Shown here: positions 51,701 to 60,987 of the stretch, piece after piece
Position numbering within the stretch: position 1 is the stretch's first letter
Layout: every line of letters begins with the position of its first letter
DNA from: Anaeromyxobacteraceae bacterium
GTDB taxonomy: Bacteria > Myxococcota > Myxococcia > Myxococcales > Anaeromyxobacteraceae
Direction of reading: 5' to 3'
Assembly (NCBI GenBank): GCA_047602405.1
Contig: JASGHJ010000001.1
Coordinates: 2,330,423-2,394,422 of the forward strand
DNA: 64,000 nt
The notes under the pieces: model-generated
What the model saw: only the letters and a program-made list of their open reading frames with translations
Told to the model about the DNA's origin: nothing
Database searches by the model: none
Position numbers and translations under genes: made by a program

Positions 51701-54700
51701 ATCACCGGATCGCGCGGCGGTCGCTCGGCTTTGGCCGGCGGATCGTGCGCGACCTCCAGACCGGCGCCGGGGAGGAGGAGGTCTACGATAACGTCACGAC
51801 CGGGCTCGACCCCGGCTTCCCCGTGCCCTTCGCCGGCCAGGTGACCGAGGAACGGCGCTTCAATCCAGGCCTTCCGACGCAACCGAATCCGCAGCAGATC
51901 GAGATCTCGTCGACCACGGTTTCGTTGCAAGAGGTCATCACCCAGGCCGGCAGTAACCATTTCGTGGTGCCCGCCGTCCGCGAGGTGCGGAGCCTGGAGG
52001 GCATGTTGCCGCCGAACGCGTCGGTCCTCGGCTATGTGCGGGACAACGTCGGCCCGAACCCACCTTCGGCCATCGTGCTCAGCGACACAAAACGCTCGAT
52101 CACCAAGCTCGACGGCGACGGCAACGCGCTCGTCGAGAGCTCGAGCACGGCCAGCGTCGGGTTGACCAGCACCATTCAGCGCCAGATCGCGACGGACCCG
52201 TTCACCGGCCTCGCAAGCGAAATCACCGACGTGCACGAATGCAGCGCCGTGCCGGGGCTCCAGCAGTGCCGGACGCTGCACCGCACCCTGGATCCGGTGA
52301 GCGGTCATGTCATCACCGAGACCCAGGCGAGCGATGATCCGAGTGAGATCCAGGAGACCCAGGTCACCACCACGTTTGGCTACGATCTCTTCGGAGACCT
52401 GACGACCGTCAGCGCCGTCGACGCAGACGGCGACGTGCGCTCGACCTGTATCTCGTACTTCCCGAACGGGTTCCCCTTCGCGCACGTCAATGCGGCTGGG
52501 CATGTGGTCTACACCAAGTACCACCCAGGCTATGGGGTGTTGCTTGCCTCGGTGGACGCGAACGGCCTGGTCACGCAATGGGCGCACGACGGGCTCGGGC
52601 GGGTCACCGAGGAGCGGCGGCCGGACCAGACGAGCACCACGACTGCGCTCTCCCGCGTCAAGGATACGCAGCAAGGCGGCGTGGTATCGGCAAGAGGTCG
52701 AGACGAAGACGACCGGCGGAGAGGACGATGTCGTCTGGCAAGACAGCCTGGGGCGCACCGTCAGGACCTTTCGGCAAGGTGTGCAAACCGGCCCGCTCGT
52801 GCCACCGCGGATCGTGCAGCGGATACGCTATGACCTCTATAGCGGCAAGGTGGCGGCGCGCTCGGTGCCGGCCGACGAGCTGACCTTCAACCAACAGGGC
52901 GCGAGCGAGGAGACCTTCGAATACGACGCTGGCGGAAGGATGGTGAAGCACACCGCGCCGTGGGGCGCGGTGACGACGGTGGAGCACAGCGGGCTCACGA
53001 CGATGGTCACCGATCCGCGGCAGCACAAGACCGTGACCACGCTCGATGCGCTCGGGCGCACGGTCGCGATCGAGAATGCCAAGGGTGAGGTGACGACGTA
53101 CGGCTATGGGCCCTTCAGCGGGCTCTGGTCGGTGACCGCGCCCGATGCGACCACAACCAAGGTGATCCGCGACGCCTTTGGCCGGGTCAAGCACCGCGAC
53201 GATCCCGACCGCGGGCCGATGACGCTGCACCACGACGGCTTCGGGCAGCTCCGAGCGTCGACCGACGCGCTGAACCGAAAGGTCTCGATGGCATATGATC
53301 CGCTGGGACGGCCGCTCACGCGTGTTGACAGCGACGGGAGCACCCGGTGGGAATGGGACACCGCGCCCATGGGGAACAGCAAGGCGGCGCTCGGGAGGAT
53401 CGCCAAGGTCACGAGCCCCGGCGGCGCGATCAAGCAGTTCACGTATGATGATCTCGCCCGGCCGGCAGCGGTCAAGCTCACGCTCGACGGCGAGAGCTTC
53501 TCTGCGGCGACAGGCTACGACAGCTTTGGTCGCCTCTCGACGATCACCTACCCGAGCTCGCCCAACGTCGCGCCGCTGGTCGTCAGCTATGGCTACGACG
53601 ATCACGGTCATATGCTCATGGCAAAGGACGTGTCGACAGGCCTCGCCTACTGGACGCTGACGGGCACCGACGGCGCGGGGAGGATCACCGGAGAGCGGTT
53701 CGGCAACAAGGTCACGACGACGCGCGCGTATTTCGACGAGAAGAACCGCGTCAAGGCCATTCACACGGAGAACGACCTCGGCGCGACGCTCCAGGATCTG
53801 GCGTATGGGTATGACGACAACCTGAACCTCTCGACCCGCGCGGACAGCCTGGCGGGCCCGAACGGAAGCGAGACGTTCTTGTATGATGCGCTCGATCGGG
53901 TCTCGTGCGCCACGCTCACGGGAATGCCCGGCTGTCAGCAGGCTTGGAGCTACGAGCAGAACGGCAGCGGCAACCTCCATACCGCGTCGGGCGTCGGCGT
54001 GTATACGTATGACCCGCAGCACCCGCACGCGGTCCACACGGCCGGGCCGGACGTGTTCAGCTATGACGCCGTCGGGAATCAGATCGGACGGTCCGGTGCC
54101 ATCGTCGCGTACACCGCGTTCGACAAGCCCAAGAAGATCGCCGCCGTCGCGCTCGAGTACGACGGCGACCAGCAGCGGATCCGCAAGACGACCAGCGAGG
54201 CGGTGACCGTCTCCCTGGACGACCTCTACGAACGGGTCACGCACACGAGCACCGGCGTCGTCGAGCACCGGTACACCGTTCACGGAAGCGAGCGCGCGGT
54301 CGCGATCGTCACCCGCGAGGAGGCGGGGCCGAGCGCGACGCTCTACGCGCATGTCGACCACCTGGGCTCGGTCGATGCCTTATCGGACGAGCAAGGCAAG
54401 CTGGTCGAAAAGCGCAGCTATGACGCGTTCGGCGCGCGCAGAAATCCAGATTGGGGCAAGCCGCCTCCGCCGTCGTTCTCGTCGTTGACGCCCCACGGCT
54501 TCACCTGGCACGAGAGCGATGACGAGCTGGGGCTCGTCAACATGCGCGGCCGGATGTATGACCCAAAGGTCGGGCGGTTCTTGACAGCCGACCCGATCGT
54601 GGGCGATCCAGGCGCGGGCGAGCAATGGAATCCGTACGGCTATGTCGGCAACAATCCGCTCACGTTCATCGATCCCAGCGGGTTCGACGCCGAACCGATG

Positions 54701-55688
54701 CCGACCGGGCCGCCGCCGGCGGGCTGCGAGGCGTCCCCGCAACTATGCGCATTCAACGGCAAGTGGGTCAGCCCCATCGTCGTCACCGTCCATGGAACGA
54801 AGCCGCCCGAGCCGCCGCCCAAGCCGAAGGAGGAGGCGATCGAGGCCGGCGTGGCGCTCGTGCCCACCGACGTCAAGACCACGGGGACCGCGGTCGGCAC
54901 CGTGCCGGCGGCCGATACGACTGCGCCCAAGAGTCCCGGGCGTCGCGTCGGGCGATTCGCGTTCGGCATGGGCAAGGCCTATGTCGGGCAAGTGCTGGAG
55001 ACGGTCAAGTCGATCACGCTCAACGTCGCGACGTTCGGGGGGTACAGCATCGTCAAGACGTGGTGGAGCATTGGCGAGGGGATCTTCGAGGGGATCGAGC
55101 GGCATGATTTCGGAGAGGCGGGCTGGCAGGTCGGGCTCAGCGGGGCGATGCATGGGATCAACGCGGTCAATCCCGTGTGGGGGGCCATCGTCACCGGGAT
55201 TCATGGGGTCGAGGCCGTCCAGCAGGGGGATGACGGAGAAGCTCGGCGCGGCGGTTGAGCCGGTGCTCGTGGCGATTATCGGTACGGTCGTTGCCGGGAG
55301 GGTTGCGGGGGCGGAGGCGGGGACCGCAGGGGCAGCGGAGGCTGAAGCGAGTGGCCTCGCTTCCCGCGCCAATGCCATTCACGGTGCGCTCAATCCCATC
55401 ACACAACGTTTTACGACGACGGCTGTTGCGCAAGTACGGACGGCGTCGGGAGCTGTCGAACGCTGGGTCGCATCGAGCGAGCGTGTCCTGCGCCCAGCTC
55501 AGCTCGATGCGCTCTTGCCGGGTGAACGAGCAATCGAGGGGATCGGACATGCGGAGGCGACGATCACCAACGAGGCAGCAATTCGAGGAGCAGCAGTTGA
55601 ATCAATCGCCGCGAGTCGACCGATTTGCCCCGCCTGCGCCACCCAGATTCAATCAGTCGGAGCAATTCCGCGGAGCCCGCTAAGATGA
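48795..55688 (+). CDS. SpvB/FG-GAP/YD-repeat Rhs polymorphic toxin with C-terminal deaminase-like domain; frameshifts near 48871, 52680, 55235
   Basis: GSFSVSPAGDATY..DVPPGRNGMQPSIGIAYDS..LGMGFSITGLSAITRC (SpvB-like), D.xGDG.xD repeats, YD repeats, HVDHLGS, RMYDPKVGRFLTADP, YVGNNPLTFIDPSG, tip GHAE...SRPICPAC. Confidence 0.85.
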
Positions 55689-55700
55689 GGTATACGGAAC

Positions 55701-56283
55701 ATGATCAGCTCGTGGAGTAACAAACTGGTGGAACAGTTAAGAGAGCTGTCTACTCAGAAGCGGGTAGCGTTCGCCGCTTCATGCTGCGAGCGGATGCTGC
55801 CCAATTACGTCGCCTTTTCGAGACAGAGCAGATGGGGAGATCCCGCGGCTCTTCGCGCAGGCCTTGACATCGCATGGCGTTACGTCGAGGAAGCTTACAT
55901 TGAACCATCGACCTTGGAAGCAGCAATTGACTCCTGCGAACGAAACACACCTGATACGGAACAATTTTTCGCACCCCCTGACATCGGCCGCTCTAGATGC
56001 CAGCGCAGGGATTTTAGAAACGTTGCATTGTATCACTGACGGGAGCGCGCGCCGAGCCGCCGATGTTGGAGCCATGGCGCATGACACCGCAGAGATGTAC
56101 GTTCGGGACGCAGAGGGTATCAGCGTCGAATTCGCCTCACGTCACCCGCTTGTGAAAGATGAATTGGAACGGCAAACAAGAACGCTTGCGGCGCTCGGTC
56201 GTACAGATTACCACCTGTCGGCTCTGATTAGAGACATCAAACAGGAGAACGCTTGCGCAAAAGCCATATCCGATCCGAGGTGA
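55701..56283 (+). CDS. DUF416-like putative immunity protein; frameshift near 55975
   Basis: 12 bp after the toxin stop; VAFAASCCERMLPNY, PDTEQF, ALDA, HPLVKDELERQ; AT-richer than flanks. Confidence 0.7.
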
Positions 56284-56289
56284 AGCACG

Positions 56290-56550
56290 ACGAGATGGTG
56301 GAAAGTGCAAGGAACAGATACGGTCTTGGGTGACGTCCCGTTCGATATCTTAGGAAGATCCATTGCAGAGGTTGTGCAGGAGTACCAGGTTGTGTTCCAG
56401 CGTCGCCCAACAAAGACTGAGTGGGAGGTACTGCTTACAGAGGCGCTTCTCGTTGGCGTGACATCCGAAAGGCAGCAAATGCGCACACCAGATGATAGTG
56501 TCGTGCGCGGGGTCACTCTCGAGCTTGAAGAAACCATAAGTTACAAATAG
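56290..56550 (+). CDS. Small hypothetical protein, possible orphan immunity gene (start uncertain or degenerate)
   Basis: RWWKVQGTDTVLGDVPFDIL...FQRRPTKTEWEVLL; AT-rich, follows the immunity gene. Confidence 0.45.
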   Translation, partial: TRWWKVQGTDTVLGDVPFDILGRSIAEVVQEYQVVFQRRPTKTEWEVLLTEALLVGVTSERQQMRTPDDSVVRGVTLELEETISYK

Positions 56551-56561
56551 AAGTCACCATG

Positions 56562-56646
56562 CCCGGAAGGCATGTAGTGGGGGCAATTCGCATTCGGGAT
56601 GGCAAGGCCTATGTCGGGGAAGTGCTAGAAAAGGTCAAGTCGAGCA
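56562..56646 (+). repeat. Degenerate direct repeat of the Rhs pre-toxin segment 54935-55016
   Basis: ggcaaggcctatgtcggggaagtgctagaaaaggtcaagtcgagca vs ggcaaggcctatgtcgggcaagtgctggagacggtcaagtcgatca. Confidence 0.8.
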
Positions 56647-56939
56647 GAGTTCGATATTTTACGTTGGACTCCAGCACAAGCACGCAGCAGCCGCCTTATC
56701 CCGGTTCTGCAAGACCGTGCACCAGGGCATCTATGGCGATCAGTCTTCCGGAGCACATCCCTCCCTGAGCGGGCGATGGGGAGGGGCGCGCAGCGCGCAG
56801 CGCCGAGCACCGACGGGGCCCGCGGGGATGGGCATCCAACGGAGATCATCGAAGCGCTTGACATCCGACCCGATCGTCGACAATCCAGGCGCGAGCGAGC
56901 AACGGCCCCCTCCGCCTCCCCGTATCCACACCGCCACCC

Positions 56940-57812
56940 ATGAAGCCCTATCGTGCGCCGCGCTGGGTCCGCGCCCTCCTCGCCTGGGATCGCGTCGCGA
57001 TCCGCGCCAACAACATCCGAGAAGGCATCCTCGACGAGCTGCTCCTCGCCTGGATCCCGCCCGAGGATCGCGCGGCGCTCACCGCCCTCGTCTACGCGAA
57101 GCAGAGCGCTTATCTGCCCGGCGGCGCGCACTTCCAGGGCGGCCTCTTCGGCTGGGAGCGCCGCGCCCTCGACGCGCCTCCCTTCCCCTCGAGCGGCCGC
57201 GTCCTCGTCGGCGCGGCCGGCGCCGGGCGTGAGGTCCGCGCCCTCGTCGATCGCGGCTTCTCCGTCGTCGCCTTCGACCCGTGCGCGCCCTTCGCCGACG
57301 CCGCGCGCACCCTCGCCACGGACGATCGCGCCACCTTCGTCCAGGCCTCCTACGAGGACCTCGTGCGCGCCGTCGAAGGCCGCGGCGGGCCGCTCGATTT
57401 CCTCCGCGCCAATCCTCCGTTCGACATGGTAATCCTCGGCTGGGGCAGCTTCTCGCACGTCATGCCCGCCGCCTCCCGGCTCGCATTGCTCCGCGCCCTC
57501 CGCGCCCTCGCGCCGCGCGCCCCCGTGCTCATCAGCTTCGCGCTCGAGCCGGAGCCGGGCACCGCGCCGCCGGGCAAGGGGCGCGTCCGCGGCACGCTCC
57601 AGCGCCTCTTCGCCGCGCTCGACGCGCCCGGCGTCTCCGAGGTCGGCGATCATTTCCTCTCGAACGGAGGGTTCTTCTCCTTCCTCAAGCAGGACGCCTT
57701 GATCAAGCTCGCCTGGGACGCAGGCTACGAGATCGTTCGCTTCGAGGAGCAGCCCTATGCCCACGCGGTCCTCGCCCCGCTCGGGAGCGCAGGCGCCGAG
57801 GCGACCCCGTGA
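56940..57812 (+). CDS. Class I SAM-dependent methyltransferase-like protein
   Basis: RVLVGAAGAGRE motif I, VVAFDP, FDMVILGWGSFSH. Confidence 0.75.
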   Translation: MKPYRAPRWVRALLAWDRVAIRANNIREGILDELLLAWIPPEDRAALTALVYAKQSAYLPGGAHFQGGLFGWERRALDAPPFPSSGRVLVGAAGAGREVRALVDRGFSVVAFDPCAPFADAARTLATDDRATFVQASYEDLVRAVEGRGGPLDFLRANPPFDMVILGWGSFSHVMPAASRLALLRALRALAPRAPVLISFALEPEPGTAPPGKGRVRGTLQRLFAALDAPGVSEVGDHFLSNGGFFSFLKQDALIKLAWDAGYEIVRFEEQPYAHAVLAPLGSAGAEATP

Positions 57813-57922
57813 ACGCGCGAGGCCCCTCGGGCAACGGAACGCGGGACCCCCTCGGTTGTGCGCGGGGGTAGCCGCGTGGTAACGTCGGCGGACCGGTTTC
57901 AGGCTTGTTTTCGAGGAAGACA

Positions 57923-58114
57923 ATGGCGGACACGACGCAGCGAGCCAGGGAAGACGAAGAGGGCACGGCCCCGTCGCCCTCCCTCGCCCCCCTCCCGGAG
58001 GACCACCGGAGGCCCTACGAGAGCCCGCGGATCATGAAGAAGCGATCCCTCAGCTCCGCGACGCTCTTCACCGTCATGACGCAGAGCTCGATCGGCCTGA
58101 CGATGATGGGTTGA
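57923..58114 (+). CDS. Putative RiPP precursor peptide (63 aa) with lasso-type leader
   Basis: RBS gaggaag; MADTTQRAREDEEGTAPSPSLAPLPEDHRRPYESPRIMKKRSLSSATL-FTVMTQSSIGLTMMG; directly upstream of rSAM/B2/RRE. Confidence 0.8.
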   Translation: MADTTQRAREDEEGTAPSPSLAPLPEDHRRPYESPRIMKKRSLSSATLFTVMTQSSIGLTMMG

Positions 58115-58153
58115 TCGAGTCCGCGGCCCCCCTCGCCGCGCCGGAGGAGCTCC

Positions 58154-59205
58154 ATGGCCGTCGCCGTCATCGGGTTGCATGTGACCGACCGCTGTCAGCT
58201 CGATTGCCAGCACTGCCTCCGCGATCCCGAAGAGAAGCCGAAAGATCTCCCGCTCGCCGTGATCGCAGAAGGTCCTCGCCGAGGCGAGCCGCGTCTACCG
58301 CGCCGCGCAGGTCGCCCTCACCGGCGGCGAGCCGCTCCCTCCACCCCGACCTCGAGGGCATCCTCGACGCCATCGTCGAGAGCGATCTCCGCTGGCACCT
58401 CGTCACCAACGGCAAGCGCTTCTCCCGCCTGCTCGATCTGCTCCGCGCGGCGCCCGCGCGGCGGGATCACCTCACCGCCGTCAACTTCAGCCTCGACGGC
58501 GCGGACGAGGCCGTGCACGACGAAATCCGCGGCAAGGGCAGCTATCGCGAGGTGATGCTCGGCGCGACGCTCTGCACGGCCCACGGGATCCCGTTCGTCC
58601 TGCAGATGGTGATCGACGCGAAGAACGCCCACCAGATCGAGGCGATGGGCCTGCTCGCCAGCCACCTCGGCGCGAGCGCCGTCTCGTTCTCGATGCTCCA
58701 GCCGACGGGCACGCACCTCGACCGCAATCTCTACCTCTCGGCGCGCGCGTGGCGGAACATCAAGGACCGGATCGAGCGCCTCATGGCCACGATCAAGCTC
58801 CGCGTGCAGATGCCGGAGGGCTTCTATCAGGATCAGCCCTTCCACGTGTGCGAGCCGTTCGCGAGCAAGCAACTGCACGTCGACGTCGAGGGCCGGCTCA
58901 ACCTCTGCTGCCAGCACTCCGGCATCCCGAGCGACGGGCCGAACCAGGACGTCGCGGGGGACCTCAAGGAGATGAGCCTGGTCGAGGCGCACGCGCGCCT
59001 GCTCGGGATCATCCACAAGGCGCAGCTCGACCGGCTCGATCGCGTCGCGCGGGGCAACCTCACCGAGTGGGATCACTTCGGCTGCAACGATTGCATGAAG
59101 CGTTTCGGCAAGCCCCACTGGGTCGACGGCGGCGTGCAGGGCCCCGAGGCCCACAGGGAGCGCTGGCGGGGCGCGTGGGCGAAGAGCCTGCCCGTCGTGA
59201 AGTGA
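58154..59205 (+). CDS. Radical SAM enzyme with C-terminal SPASM/twitch-like Cys; frameshifts near 58268 and 58338
   Basis: RBS ggagg; VTDRCQLDCQHC, ALTGGEP (middle frame), LVTNG, FSLDG..HDEIRGKGSY, C-terminal CEPF..VDVEGRLNLCC..CNDC. Confidence 0.88.
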
Positions 59206-59210
59206 AGGCG

Positions 59211-59645
59211 ATGCTCGCGCTGATCGAAGCCGCGATCCCGCAGGGAATCCGACTCCGCACGGAGGCCATCGCCCTCCGCCTCCGCCTCGGCGCGTGGGTG
59301 CGGAAGCGATCGTTGCCGGACGTCCTCCGCGCGCTGAGTAAGCATGATCGCGCGGCCGATCCGGTGCCGCTCCCGCTCGTCGAGGAGGCGATCGGCGCGA
59401 GCGAGGCGATCGTCGCCCGCCTCCGCGTCCTGCCGGACACGTGCCTCTATCAATCCCTCGCGCGCTACGCGGTGCTCCGCCGCGCCGGGCACCCAGCGCG
59501 GTTCGTGATGGGCATCAAGCCGCCCGCGGACGGCGAGATCACCGGCCACGCGTGGGTCGAGCTCGACAACTCCCCCGCGTTCGAGGAGATCGAGCCGGAT
59601 CTGATCGTCACGTTCTCCTATCCCGAAGGCCGCGTATCGCCATGA
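59211..59645 (+). CDS. Lasso B2-type transglutaminase-like leader peptidase
   Basis: DTCLYQSLA, RFVMGI, GHAWVELD (catalytic Cys/His). Confidence 0.88.
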   Translation: MLALIEAAIPQGIRLRTEAIALRLRLGAWVRKRSLPDVLRALSKHDRAADPVPLPLVEEAIGASEAIVARLRVLPDTCLYQSLARYAVLRRAGHPARFVMGIKPPADGEITGHAWVELDNSPAFEEIEPDLIVTFSYPEGRVSP

Positions 59646-59929
59646 CCGACAAGGCCGCGCCCACGCCCAACCCGCAAGCCCTCTTCACCGAGCTCGACGA
59701 CGGCACCGGCGTGCTCCTCCACCTCGACACCAAGTTCTATTACACGCTGAACCCCACCGCGGTCTTCGTGTGGAAGGCGCTCGGCAGCGCGGCGGCCCGG
59801 TCCGTCGCCTCCATCGCCCAGGATCTCATCCGCGAGTTCCGCGTCGAGCGCTCCGAAGCCGAGCGCGACGTCACCCGCATCCTCGACGAGATGATCGCCG
59901 ACGGCCTCGTGATCGAGCGCCCGGCGTAG
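59642..59929 (+). CDS. PqqD-family RiPP recognition element (B1-like)
   Basis: ELDDGTGVLLHLDTKFYYTLNPTAVFVW..L..EFRVE...AERDV..ILDEMIADGLV. Confidence 0.92.
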   Translation: MTDKAAPTPNPQALFTELDDGTGVLLHLDTKFYYTLNPTAVFVWKALGSAAARSVASIAQDLIREFRVERSEAERDVTRILDEMIADGLVIERPA

Positions 59930-59937
59930 CGCTTCCG

Positions 59938-60934
59938 ATGCCCGCCATCTCGATCCGCGGCGCCGCGATCTCGTGGTCGAGCGAGGGCCTCGCCGAGGAT
60001 CCGATGGCCGGCGTGCTCGAGATGCTCGAGCCCACAAAAGCCTCTGAGATCGCCGAGCGAATCCATCTCGATCTCCGCCCGGCGACGGCAGAGACCGCGG
60101 CCGATCCCGGCGAGGAAGGCTGGATCCCGTCGTTCTTCCACGGCGCCGTGCAGGCGTACCGCGGCCCCTCGGGGTTCCTGCTTTCGGGATCGATCCTCGC
60201 GCGTGCTCATCCCAACCGGGATCGCGCCTGCTTCGGCGGAGGTCGTCGCGCCTGGCGAGGAGATCCACGCGGGATCCACGCGCGTCCTCTTCCAGATCGC
60301 GCTCACGCTCCTGCTCCGCCGCGCGCGGCTCTTCCACCTCCACGCCGCCGCGGTCGTACGCCCTGACGGCGCGGCGATCCTCATCGCCGGATCGTCGGGC
60401 GCCGGGAAGACGACGACCGCGCTCGCGCTCCTCGAGGCCGGCGTCGAGTACCTCGGCGACGACGCGATCTTCCTCCATCCCAGCGCCGATCCCGGGCAAA
60501 TCGCGCACGCCGTCGCCTTCCCGCGCGCGTTCCACCTCGGCCCGGCGACGCTCTCCGCGTTCCCCCGCCTCCTCCCCCTCGCCGGCCCCGCGCCCGCGCG
60601 CACCGACAAGCGACCGGTCGATCCCCGCGTCGCGTTCCCCGACCGCCATCGCCCGGAGATCCCGCTCTCGCGGGGGCGGACCATCGCGGTCTTCCCCTCG
60701 ATCAGCGGGGGCAAAACCACGGAGATCAGTGCGATTTCCAAGGCCGAGGCGTTCGGGCACCTCCTCGCCGAGAGCGCGGCGCTCATCGTCGAGGGGATGC
60801 CCTTCCGCGACGAGAACCTCGCGATCCTCCGCGCCCTGGTGGATGCTGCGTCCCCGGTCGAGATCCGCCTCGGGGAGGACGCGCTCACCGCGCCAAGAGC
60901 CGCGGTGGCGCCCCGGCTCTTGAACTTTCTATAA
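59938..60934 (+). CDS. HPr kinase-related protein; frameshift near 60185
   Basis: LHAAAV, AILIAGSSGAGKTT (Walker A), YLGDD. Confidence 0.82.
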
Positions 60935-60935
60935 T
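60930..60935 (+). promoter_or_regulatory. Possible -10 box for wzc
   Basis: Perfect TATAAT about 52 bp upstream of the wzc start in very GC-rich DNA; no clear -35. Confidence 0.3.
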
Positions 60936-60987
60936 CGCGGCGCAACGTACCAGCCCGTCCGCGCAGTTTTCCCCGTGAGATGCCGCA

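Noticed and set aside
57923..59929. Calling the cluster a standard lasso peptide BGC
   Set aside because: No lasso cyclase in the window and the predicted core has no Asp/Glu acceptor.
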